Assembly (NCBI GenBank): GCA_021443415.1 | Contig: JABUTZ010000002.1 | Coordinates: 31,534-95,533, forward strand | From: Bacteroidaceae bacterium | Lineage (GTDB): Bacteria; Bacteroidota; Bacteroidia; Bacteroidales; Bacteroidaceae | Reading direction: 5' to 3' | DNA: 64,000 bases | Position numbers and translations under genes: made by a program | In this document: in pieces, positions 39,124 to 46,927 of the stretch | How the letters are laid out: each line of letters opens with the position of its first letter | Numbering within the stretch: position 1 is the first letter of the stretch | Notes under the pieces: generated by a model | The model's database searches: none | What the model was told of the DNA's origin: nothing | Seen by the model: the letters and a program-made list of their open reading frames with translations, nothing else

Positions 39124-39750
39124 TCACGACAATTTTCGCAGTCTTTCTTCCAAAAGGTCGCGCCAAGGCTCGTTGGTGGTGACGTGGATGGTGTGTATGC
39201 CCAGTTCGGAGGCTGTCTGCACATTGGCCGGCCCGTCGTCGATGAATACTGTCTCCTCCGCCCGCATGTTGTCGGTGGCGAGAGCCTTGAGGTATATCTC
39301 GCGACCAGGCTTGCTCAGGTGCATCTCGCAACTGATGAAGAGCGAGTGGAAATAGTGGGTGATGGGCAGTCCGACGGCACTGAAACGCTCGCTGCGCAGG
39401 TGGGCGGCGATGTAGGGATTGGTGTTGCTGAGCAGACAGAGATGGTAGCGCGACTTGAGTTCGAGGAGGTATTGGAGCAGTTCCTCGCTCGGTTGGCGGA
39501 GGAAACCCAGCCAGCATTGAGCCGCCTCCTCATGGGAGATGCGAGCGCGACCCGTCAGCCGCTCCAACTCGCGGCAGAACTCATCGGTGGTGATGTCACC
39601 GTTCTCCAACTCAAAAAAGCACCCTTTCTGCAGATAGGGATTGAGCCACTCGGTGGGCTCGACGCCAAGGGCGCGGAAGCGGTCGAAAGCAATTTCGGCG
39701 AAGAGCGGTACGACCACACCGCCCATGTCAAGCATTATGTTCTTTATCAT
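39124..39750 (-). CDS. HAD-superfamily hydrolase
   Basis: The DMGGVVV motif I is close to the N-terminus, with an LLSNTN-type motif II and FIDD motif IV. The ORF-track start at 39771 is a TTG, so the start was trimmed to the ATG at 39750. Confidence 0.85.
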   Translation of the reverse strand: MIKNIMLDMGGVVVPLFAEIAFDRFRALGVEPTEWLNPYLQKGCFFELENGDITTDEFCRELERLTGRARISHEEAAQCWLGFLRQPSEELLQYLLELKSRYHLCLLSNTNPYIAAHLRSERFSAVGLPITHYFHSLFISCEMHLSKPGREIYLKALATDNMRAEETVFIDDGPANVQTASELGIHTIHVTTNEPWRDLLEERLRKLS

Positions 39751-39761
39751 GTGTTTGTATG

Positions 39762-39804
39762 TTTTTTGCAAACTATCGTTTGCAACACGGGGGCTGAATA
39801 GCGA
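39762..39804 (-). promoter_or_regulatory. copy B of the 43-nt conserved element with the 8-4-8 palindrome, upstream of the HAD hydrolase gene
   Basis: 38/43 identical to 37532..37574. The G of AGTTTG lies 19 nt upstream of the ATG at 39750. Confidence 0.6.
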
Positions 39805-39817
39805 ATAGGGGAAGATA

Positions 39818-40300
39818 CTATATTATCTCGGCGAAGACGGCTCCGCACATCTCGGCGAGGCGGAGGGGCGAGAGTCGGATCTGGAGTCCGCGCTGGCCAC
39901 CGCTGACATAGATGGTGTCGAACGTCCGGGCTGTGGAGTGTATGTAGGTGGGGAAACGCTTCTTCATGCCGATGGGACTGCAACCGCCACGTATGTAGCC
40001 TGTCAAAGGCAACAACTCTTTCATCGGAATCAGTTCGCACTTCTTGTTCGCGCTCACCTTTGCCGCCGCCTTGAGGTCAATCTCGCTGTCGCCCGGCACC
40101 ACGCAGACGAAGTGGCCCGTCTTGTCGCCATGCAAGACGATGGTCTTGAACACACACTCGATGTCCTCGCCCAATGCCTCCGCCACGTGAGTCGCCGAAA
40201 GGTCGCTCTCGTCCCACTCGTAAGCCACCATATCGTATGTCACGCCTGCCTTGTCCAGCAGCCGGCACACATTGGTCTTCGCCACTGTCTCCTTCTTCAT
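39818..40300 (-). CDS. ybaK: Cys-tRNA(Pro)/Cys-tRNA(Cys) deacylase
   Basis: 160 aa. The N-terminus (TNVCRLLDKAGVTY...) and the GGCSPIG motif are typical of YbaK/EbsC. Confidence 0.88.
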   Translation of the reverse strand: MKKETVAKTNVCRLLDKAGVTYDMVAYEWDESDLSATHVAEALGEDIECVFKTIVLHGDKTGHFVCVVPGDSEIDLKAAAKVSANKKCELIPMKELLPLTGYIRGGCSPIGMKKRFPTYIHSTARTFDTIYVSGGQRGLQIRLSPLRLAEMCGAVFAEII

Positions 40301-40327
40301 GCTCGCTCAATTTTCTTTTTCGGAGGG

Positions 40328-40335
40328 CAAAGTTA
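40328..40335 (-). promoter_or_regulatory. -7 promoter box TAACTTTG for ybaK
   Basis: Exact match on the minus strand, 28 nt upstream of the ATG at 40300. Confidence 0.5.
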
Positions 40336-40398
40336 CAAAAAAAACGTTGTTTTGCCAATTTCTTTAGCATCAAACGAGGAAGATATGGTTTGTTTTGC

Positions 40399-40406
40399 TA
40401 ACTTTG
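40399..40406 (+). promoter_or_regulatory. -7 promoter box TAACTTTG only 6 nt from the downstream ATG
   Basis: Exact match. The G of the box is at 40406 and the A of the ATG at 40412. Confidence 0.5.
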
Positions 40407-40411
40407 CAGAC

Positions 40412-42082
40412 ATGAAACGGATAGTGACGATAATTGTGGCGGCGGCCATGTGGGGCGCAGCGCACAGCCAGACCACCACGTTCGGGTGGGGAACGACGAA
40501 CGAGAGGTATGCACGGGAAGCGTGTCCGCAGGGACTCACCACGAAGACGCTGAAGCTGAAGGCGTGGCGAGGAGAACGGCTGAACGCACAGGCAGTGGTG
40601 TGGAATGACGGCGGCACGGAGGCGGCCGTCAGCGTCAGTGCCAATGGACTGAAGTGCGGCAAGGCGGTGATCGCCGACTCGCTGGTGAGCGCACACGTAG
40701 TAGGCTATGTGTGGACCGACGAACTGAACAAAGACCGCAGGGGCGGATGCAGTGCGAGACCCGTCAAGAGCGAATGGGACTCGTCGCTCGTGGCAGACAT
40801 CATCAGCAACGACACACGGGTGTGCGTACCGGCACGACAGGCGCAGCCCATCTGGCTGAAGATAGCGATTCCGCAGGACGCGAAGCCAGGCATCTATCGC
40901 GGCACGCTGGCAATGGAAAGCGACAAGGCACGGAAGCAGACACTGGCATACGAGGTGGAGGTGAGCGAGCGCACACTACCCTCCCCCGGCGAATGGAAGT
41001 TCTATCTCGACCTCTGGCAGAACCCATACGCCGTGGCAAGATACTACGGCACGCCGTTGTGGAGCAAGGAGCATTTCGATGCCATGCGCCCGATAATGAA
41101 GATGTTGGCAAGCATAGGGCAGAAATCTATTACGGCGAGCATCATGCACAAGCCATGGAACGGACAGACCTACGACCCATACGACAGCATGATAGGACGC
41201 ACACGGCGGATAGACGGCACATGGACGTACGACTACACCGTGTTCGACCGCTGGGTGGAGTTTATGATGAACGAGGTGGGCATCGGCGACATGATCAGTT
41301 GCTACACGATGATACCATGGGCTCTGAGTTTCGACTACTACGACCAGGCCACCAGCCGCGTGCAGTTCGTCAAGGCGGCACCCGGCGAGCAGGCATACAC
41401 CGACTACTGGCTGCCTTTCCTCAGGGATTTTGCCAAGCACCTGAAGGCGAAAGGATGGTTCGAGCGCACAGCCATCTCGATGGACGAGCGGGCCATGGAA
41501 CAGATGCGCGAGGCAATCAAGGTGATAAGGATGGCAGACAAGGACTTCAAGATAACGCTCGCGGGAGGCTATCACCCGGAGATAATCGATGATTTGCACT
41601 TCCTCAGCATCGCCTACGGACAGCGGTTCCCCGACGATGTGAAGGCTCGTCGCGAGGCGGAGGGAAAGATAAGCAATGTCTATACATGCTGCGCCGAGGC
41701 ATTCCCCAACTCGTTCACCTTCTCCGCTCCCGCCGAGTCGGCATGGACTGTGCTGCACGCACTGGCGGGTGGCTACGACGGATGGTTGCGCTGGGCGGTG
41801 ATGAGCTGGACGGCAGAACCTCTGAAGGACTCACGCTTCTGGTCGTGGGCGGCAGGCGACACCTACAGCATCTACCCGGGTCCGTGCAGTAGCATACGCT
41901 TCGAGCGACTGAGAGAAGGACTGCAGGACTGCGAGAAGATACGCGTGCTGCGCAAGGAGCTGAAAGGCAAGAAGATGGAGGCTATCGAGGAGACACTGAG
42001 CCACTTCACGCAAGAGTATATGAACACAAAAAAGCAGTCCGCCAGCGAGATGGTTGACGAACTGCATAAGTTGCTGAACTGA
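40412..42082 (+). CDS. secreted DUF4091-type putative glycoside hydrolase
   Basis: Signal peptide MKRIVTIIVAAAMWGAAHSQ. The roughly 556-aa sequence resembles the Bacteroidales DUF4091 proteins I recall. The ORF-track version (39938..) runs antisense through ybaK and was trimmed. Confidence 0.65.
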   Translation: MKRIVTIIVAAAMWGAAHSQTTTFGWGTTNERYAREACPQGLTTKTLKLKAWRGERLNAQAVVWNDGGTEAAVSVSANGLKCGKAVIADSLVSAHVVGYVWTDELNKDRRGGCSARPVKSEWDSSLVADIISNDTRVCVPARQAQPIWLKIAIPQDAKPGIYRGTLAMESDKARKQTLAYEVEVSERTLPSPGEWKFYLDLWQNPYAVARYYGTPLWSKEHFDAMRPIMKMLASIGQKSITASIMHKPWNGQTYDPYDSMIGRTRRIDGTWTYDYTVFDRWVEFMMNEVGIGDMISCYTMIPWALSFDYYDQATSRVQFVKAAPGEQAYTDYWLPFLRDFAKHLKAKGWFERTAISMDERAMEQMREAIKVIRMADKDFKITLAGGYHPEIIDDLHFLSIAYGQRFPDDVKARREAEGKISNVYTCCAEAFPNSFTFSAPAESAWTVLHALAGGYDGWLRWAVMSWTAEPLKDSRFWSWAAGDTYSIYPGPCSSIRFERLREGLQDCEKIRVLRKELKGKKMEAIEETLSHFTQEYMNTKKQSASEMVDELHKLLN

Positions 42083-42093
42083 CAGCGAGAGCG

Positions 42094-43515
42094 TCAGAAC
42101 TCCGCTGTCTTCGGTGTGCGCGGGAAGGGAATCACGTCGCGGATGTTCTGCATGCCAGTGATGAAGAGGATAAGGCGCTCGAAGCCAAGTCCGAAGCCGG
42201 CGTGCGGGCACGAACCATAGCGGCGAGTGTCGAGATACCACCACATGTCCTTCATCGGTATGTTGCGGCTCTCAATCTCACCCATCAGTTTGTCGTAGCT
42301 CTCCTCGCGCACCGAACCGCCGATAATCTCGCCAATCTGGGGGAAGAGGACGTCGGTGCCCTGCACAGTCTCCTCCATCACCTCGCCGTTGCAGACGGGG
42401 CGCTCAGCATCAATCTTCATGTAGAATGCCTTGATGGCCTTCGGATAGTTGGTCATGATGACAGGCTTCTTGAAATACTCCTCGACGAGGTAGCGCTCGT
42501 GCTCGGAAGCCAGGTCATCACCCCAGTTGCAGGGGAACTCGAACTTGCGTCCGTTCTTGATTGCCTCCTGGAGGATTTCGATGCCCTTGGTGTAAGGCAG
42601 ACGCACAAACTCCTCTTTGACAACACCTTGCAGACGCTCGATGAGAGTTTTATCTATCATCTTGTTGAGGAACTCGAGGTCGTCCATGCAGTGGTCGAGA
42701 GCCCACCGGACACAATACTTGATGAAGTCCTCCTCGAGGTCCATCAGGTCGTGGAGGTCGTAGAAAGCCACCTCGGGCTCGATCATCCAGAACTCAGCCA
42801 GATGGCGCGGCGTGTTGCTGTTCTCGGCGCGGAACGTGGGACCGAAGGTGTAGATGGCACCCAGAGCCGTGGCACCCAGTTCGCCCTCGAGCTGACCGCT
42901 CACGGTCAGTGATGTCGGCTTGCCGAAGAAGTCGTCGGAATAGTCAATTCGGCCGTCCTTGTCCTTCTTGAGGTTGTAGAGGTTCTTGGTTGTCACCTGG
43001 AACATCTGACCGGCACCCTCACAGTCGCTCGCCGTGATGATGGGCGTGTGGAAATAGAAGAAGCCGTGCTCGTGGAAGTAGGTGTGGATAGCCATCGACA
43101 TGTTGTGGCGAATGCGCATGATGGCACCGAAGGTGTTGGTGCGCAGACGCATGTGGGCGTGCTGGCGCATGTACTCGAAGCTCTGCCCCTTCTTCTGCAT
43201 GGGATAGGTGGCATCGCACCCGCCGAGCAGTTCGACCGACTTCGCCTGCACCTCGCTCGCCTGGCCCTGGGCGGGACTCTCAACGAGCAGACCGCAGACA
43301 GCGACGCACGAGCCGGTGGTGATCTGGCGCAGGGTGTCCTCGTCGCAGACTCCGGCATCGACGACAACCTGAATGTTCTTGATTGTGGAGCCGTCGTTCA
43401 ACTGAATGAAATCGACAGCCTTGCTCGAACGGTGGGTGCGCACCCAACCCTTCACACAAATCTCCTTGCCATAGTCAGTAGAGGCAAGAGCATCTGTTAT
43501 CTTTGTCCTTTTCAT
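42094..43515 (-). CDS. asnS: asparagine--tRNA ligase
   Basis: OB fold followed by a class IIb core, with the C-terminus [27 protein letters not shown]. The start was trimmed to [10 protein letters not shown]. Confidence 0.95.
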   Translation of the reverse strand: MKRTKITDALASTDYGKEICVKGWVRTHRSSKAVDFIQLNDGSTIKNIQVVVDAGVCDEDTLRQITTGSCVAVCGLLVESPAQGQASEVQAKSVELLGGCDATYPMQKKGQSFEYMRQHAHMRLRTNTFGAIMRIRHNMSMAIHTYFHEHGFFYFHTPIITASDCEGAGQMFQVTTKNLYNLKKDKDGRIDYSDDFFGKPTSLTVSGQLEGELGATALGAIYTFGPTFRAENSNTPRHLAEFWMIEPEVAFYDLHDLMDLEEDFIKYCVRWALDHCMDDLEFLNKMIDKTLIERLQGVVKEEFVRLPYTKGIEILQEAIKNGRKFEFPCNWGDDLASEHERYLVEEYFKKPVIMTNYPKAIKAFYMKIDAERPVCNGEVMEETVQGTDVLFPQIGEIIGGSVREESYDKLMGEIESRNIPMKDMWWYLDTRRYGSCPHAGFGLGFERLILFITGMQNIRDVIPFPRTPKTAEF

Positions 43516-43528
43516 ACGGAAAATTTGT

Positions 43529-44854
43529 TTATTCGAAAGCACCCATGTGGAGCATGTTAACCTCTTTCTCAGTGAGGAAACGCCAGTCGCCGCGACGCAG
43601 GTTCTTCTTCGTCAGACCGGCGAAATAGACACGGTCGAGCTTGAGCACGCGGTAGCCGAGATGCTCGAAGATGCGGCGCACGATGCGGTTCTTGCCCGAG
43701 TGAATCTCGATGCCCACCTGCTTCTTGTCGTCCTCCTTGGCATACTCGACAGCGTCAGCCGAGATGATGCCATCCTCCAGCTCTATGCCGTCAGAAATCT
43801 TGTGCATGTCCTCCACCGACACGTTCTTGTCGAGATGGACGTGATAGATCTTCTTTTTGAGGTAAGAGGGATGAGTCAGCTTGCTCGCCAGGTCGCCGTC
43901 GTTGGTCATGAGCAGCACACCCGTCGTGTTGCGGTCGAGACGGCCGACGGGATAGATGCGCTCGCGGCAGGCACCCTGGATGAGGTCCATCACCGTCTTG
44001 CGGTTTTGCGGATCATCGCTCGTGGTGACATAGTCCTTGGGCTTGTTGAGCAGGACATACACCTTCTTCTCCATGCTCACCGTCTCGTCGTGGAAGCGGA
44101 CCTCGTCGGTGCGCAACACCTTGGTGCCCAACTCGGTGACCACGACACCATTAACAGACACGACACCTGCCTGAATGAACTCGTCAGCCTCTCGGCGCGA
44201 GCAAACGCCTGCGTTGGCAAGGAAGCGATTGAGACGGATGGGAGCGTTCGGGTCGTAGTGCTGTTCCTTGTACTCAATCTGCTTCTTCATGCTGTACTTG
44301 GCATGAGGGTTATAGCCAGGGGTGTGCTGGCGACCATAGCGGTTGCCACCCTGCTGGGGACCACCCTCGCGGTTGTAACGCGGACGCGGCTGATAGCCTC
44401 CCTCACCATTGTTGTAACGCGGGCGCGGCTGGTAACCTCCCTCACCGTTATTGTAACGTGGACGTGGCTGATAACCACCTTCGCCATTGTTATAACGCGG
44501 ACGAGGCTGATAACCACCCTCCTCACGATTGACACGAGGACGTGGCTGATAGCCTCCCTCTTCATTATTGTAGCGCGGGCGAGGCTGGTAACCACCCTCA
44601 TGGTTCACACGCGGACGAGGCTGATAACCACCCTCCTCACGATTGTAGCGAGGACGCGGCTGGTAACCACCCTCACCATTGTTGTAGTGGGGACGCGCCT
44701 GATACTCACTGCTTTGGGGGGCGCGCTGGATGCGTGGACGCGGTGTGCGCTTGCGTTCGCCACCCTCATTGTTCTCACTCTGTGCGGGACGATAGCCCTC
44801 CCGGCCATGTCCTGCGTTCTCGGCGAATTGGTCTCGCCAACGTTCGTTTTCCAT
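43529..44854 (-). CDS. rluB: 23S rRNA pseudouridine synthase (RluB/RsuA family) with a repeat-rich N-terminal extension
   Basis: S4 domain ([18 protein letters not shown]) and the catalytic [12 protein letters not shown] motif, preceded by about 175 aa of G/Y/Q/P/R repeats. Confidence 0.9.
   Translation of the reverse strand: MENERWRDQFAENAGHGREGYRPAQSENNEGGERKRTPRPRIQRAPQSSEYQARPHYNNGEGGYQPRPRYNREEGGYQPRPRVNHEGGYQPRPRYNNEEGGYQPRPRVNREEGGYQPRPRYNNGEGGYQPRPRYNNGEGGYQPRPRYNNGEGGYQPRPRYNREGGPQQGGNRYGRQHTPGYNPHAKYSMKKQIEYKEQHYDPNAPIRLNRFLANAGVCSRREADEFIQAGVVSVNGVVVTELGTKVLRTDEVRFHDETVSMEKKVYVLLNKPKDYVTTSDDPQNRKTVMDLIQGACRERIYPVGRLDRNTTGVLLMTNDGDLASKLTHPSYLKKKIYHVHLDKNVSVEDMHKISDGIELEDGIISADAVEYAKEDDKKQVGIEIHSGKNRIVRRIFEHLGYRVLKLDRVYFAGLTKKNLRRGDWRFLTEKEVNMLHMGAFE
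44368..44700 (-). repeat. in-frame tandem repeat of about 39 nt encoding 8 copies of GGYQPRPR(Y/V)N..
   Basis: The repeat is visible in both the protein and the DNA. Copies differ mainly at synonymous third positions (cgc/cgt/cga, ata/gta). Confidence 0.85.
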
Positions 44855-44856
44855 AG

Positions 44857-46203
44857 TTACATTCCTGTGTAATTATGAGGAGTGATGGCGCGCAGTTCTG
44901 CTTTCACCTTGTCACTGACCTCCAAAGAATCAATAAATGTGCTAATACTCTCTGCCGTGATGGCAGAATTGGTGCGCGTGAGTGCCTTCAACGCCTCGTA
45001 AGGATGCGGATATGCCTCACGGCGCAGGATGGTCTGAATTGCCTCGGCGACCACAGCCCAGCAGTTGTCCAAGTCGCGGCTGATTGCCGCCTCGTTGAGA
45101 AGGAGCTTGCGCAAGCCCTTCAGCGTGCTCTGAATAGCGATGAGCGCATGCGCCATCGGCACACCGATGTTGCGCAACACGGTGCTGTCGGTCAGGTCGC
45201 GCTGAAGACGGCTGACGGGCAGTTTCCGGCTCAGGTGCTCGAGGATGGCATTCGCCATCCCCATGTTTCCCTCTGAGTTCTCAAAATCAATCGGGTTAAC
45301 CTTGTGGGGCATGGCACTGCTGCCCACCTCGCCGGCCTTGATTTTCTGCTTGAAATACTCCATCGAGACGTACTGCCAGAAGTCGCGGTCGAGGTCGATG
45401 ACCACAGTGTTGATGCGCTTCATGGCATCGAAGGCGGCACCCATGCAGTCGTAGTTGGAAATCTGCGTCGTGTATTCCTCACGCTCGAGACCGAGTTTCT
45501 CGCTCACGAACATGTTACCGAAAGCACGCCAGTCGCGGTCGGGGTAGGCAACATGATGGGCGTTGAAATTGCCCGTGGCACCACCGAACTTGGCCGTGAG
45601 CGGAGTCGCCCTGAGCATCTCAAGCTGGCGGCGCAGACGATAGGCGAACACTCGCACCTCCTTGCCGAGGCGGGTGGGCGATGCCGGCTGACCATGCGTC
45701 TTCGCCAGCATGGCGATATCAGCCCATTCATCGGCGTAAGACTCAAGTTGGGCGATAAGTTCCTCGACGGCAGGATAATAGACATCGTCAAGAGCCTCCT
45801 TGAACGAAAGGGGAACAGACGTGTTGTTGATGTCCTGCGAGGTGAGACCGAAGTGGATGAACTCCTTGTAAGAGTCCAGTCCGCCAATGGTGTCGAAACG
45901 CTCCTTGATGAAATACTCCACTGCCTTGACGTCGTGGTTGGTCACCGACTCAATCTCCTTGACACGAGCGGCATCCTCCTCGGAGAACAGGCGGTAGATG
46001 TCGCGCAAGGCCTCAAAACAGGCGGTCGGAAACGATGCCAGTTGGGGCAAGGGCAGCTCGCAGAGAGTGATGAAATAATCTATCTCCACCCTCACACGAT
46101 AGCGAATCAGCGCATACTCGCTGAAATAGGCGGCAAGCGGTTCCGCCTTGCCACGGTAACGGCCATCGATGGGCGATATGGCTGTCAGAATGTCCAGATT
46201 CAT
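44857..46203 (-). CDS. purB: adenylosuccinate lyase
   Basis: MNLDILTAISPIDGRYRGK and the GSSAMPHKVNP signature. The start was trimmed to 46203. Confidence 0.95.
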   Translation of the reverse strand: MNLDILTAISPIDGRYRGKAEPLAAYFSEYALIRYRVRVEIDYFITLCELPLPQLASFPTACFEALRDIYRLFSEEDAARVKEIESVTNHDVKAVEYFIKERFDTIGGLDSYKEFIHFGLTSQDINNTSVPLSFKEALDDVYYPAVEELIAQLESYADEWADIAMLAKTHGQPASPTRLGKEVRVFAYRLRRQLEMLRATPLTAKFGGATGNFNAHHVAYPDRDWRAFGNMFVSEKLGLEREEYTTQISNYDCMGAAFDAMKRINTVVIDLDRDFWQYVSMEYFKQKIKAGEVGSSAMPHKVNPIDFENSEGNMGMANAILEHLSRKLPVSRLQRDLTDSTVLRNIGVPMAHALIAIQSTLKGLRKLLLNEAAISRDLDNCWAVVAEAIQTILRREAYPHPYEALKALTRTNSAITAESISTFIDSLEVSDKVKAELRAITPHNYTGM

Positions 46204-46220
46204 AAGTTTAGTTCGTAAAA

Positions 46221-46228
46221 CAAAAATA
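46221..46228 (-). promoter_or_regulatory. -7 promoter box TATTTTTG for purB-rluB-asnS
   Basis: Exact TAnnTTTG match on the minus strand, 18 nt upstream of the ATG at 46203. Confidence 0.45.
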
Positions 46229-46292
46229 GCCAATGTTCACACATTGACCATCTTCTCATTTCTTCCTTTTCTTGCTTATTACTTGTTTAGTA

Positions 46293-46370
46293 TGGTGGAC
46301 GAAGAGGGATTCGAACCCCCGACCCTCTGCTTGTAAGGCAGATGCTCTGAACCAGCTGCGCTATTCGTCC
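46293..46370 (-). tRNA. tRNA-Val (anticodon TAC), CCA encoded
   Basis: The minus strand reads GGACGAA-TA-GCGC-AGCTGGTTCA-GAGC-A-TCTGC-CTTACAA-GCAGA-GGGTC-GGGGG-TTCGAAT-CCCTC-TTCGTCC-A-CCA. It has a 7-bp acceptor stem, 5-bp anticodon and T stems, and one G:A mismatch in the D stem. Confidence 0.85.
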
Positions 46371-46474
46371 AGGTTTATTTTTGCTCGTTGAAACTTCACC
46401 ACCATCGGCTACTGCAACCGCTTCGGAGAGCTGATGTTTTCGCTGCAGGTGGCGTTGTTTCTCGTTTGCGAGTG

Positions 46475-46482
46475 CAAAGTTA
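46475..46482 (-). promoter_or_regulatory. -7 promoter box TAACTTTG upstream of tRNA-Val
   Basis: Exact match on the minus strand, about 105 nt upstream of the mature tRNA 5' end. Confidence 0.4.
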
Positions 46483-46549
46483 CGACCTTTTTTCGAACCG
46501 ACCAAATGTTTTCGGCTTTTTTTTCAAAAAAAGTGCGATTTTTCTCAAT

Positions 46550-46921
46550 TTAGGCCAAATTTCCGCCTTTTTTGAGGCTAATTTCCACTCCGGCACCCTC
46601 GCAATCGGCTCCCATGGGGGGATTGCACTTGACCACGCGCACCCACACCTCGCGCACGCTGGAATAGGAATCGACGATGCGTCGGGCGATGCGCGTCGCC
46701 ACATGCTCGAGCAGGTTGGCGGGCACGGACATCTCAGTGCGAACCGCCTGGCAGAGGTCGGCATAGGAAATCGTGCCCAGGAGGCTGTCGTGGACGCAGG
46801 CACGCTCGTCAGCCGCGCAGTCCACCCTCACACTCACCAAAAACTCAGCGCCCACCAGGCGTTCCTGGGCAAGAACACCGTGGTGGGCGTAGAGTCTGAG
46901 ATTGTCGATGAAAATCACCAT
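46550..46921 (-). CDS. folB: dihydroneopterin aldolase
   Basis: 123 aa. IFIDNLRLYAHHGVLAQERLVGAEFLVSVRVD is typical of FolB. Confidence 0.88.
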   Translation of the reverse strand: MVIFIDNLRLYAHHGVLAQERLVGAEFLVSVRVDCAADERACVHDSLLGTISYADLCQAVRTEMSVPANLLEHVATRIARRIVDSYSSVREVWVRVVKCNPPMGADCEGAGVEISLKKGGNLA

Positions 46922-46927
46922 AAGCCC

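Noticed and set aside
46293-46370. tRNA-Val as a possible integration hotspot for a genomic island.
   Set aside because: No integrase, no direct repeat of the tRNA 3' end, and no accessory genes flank it. Both sides carry housekeeping genes (purB, folB).
46287-46505. A 72-aa minus-strand ORF.
   Set aside because: It overlaps tRNA-Val and its promoter region, and the tRNA cloverleaf explains the sequence.
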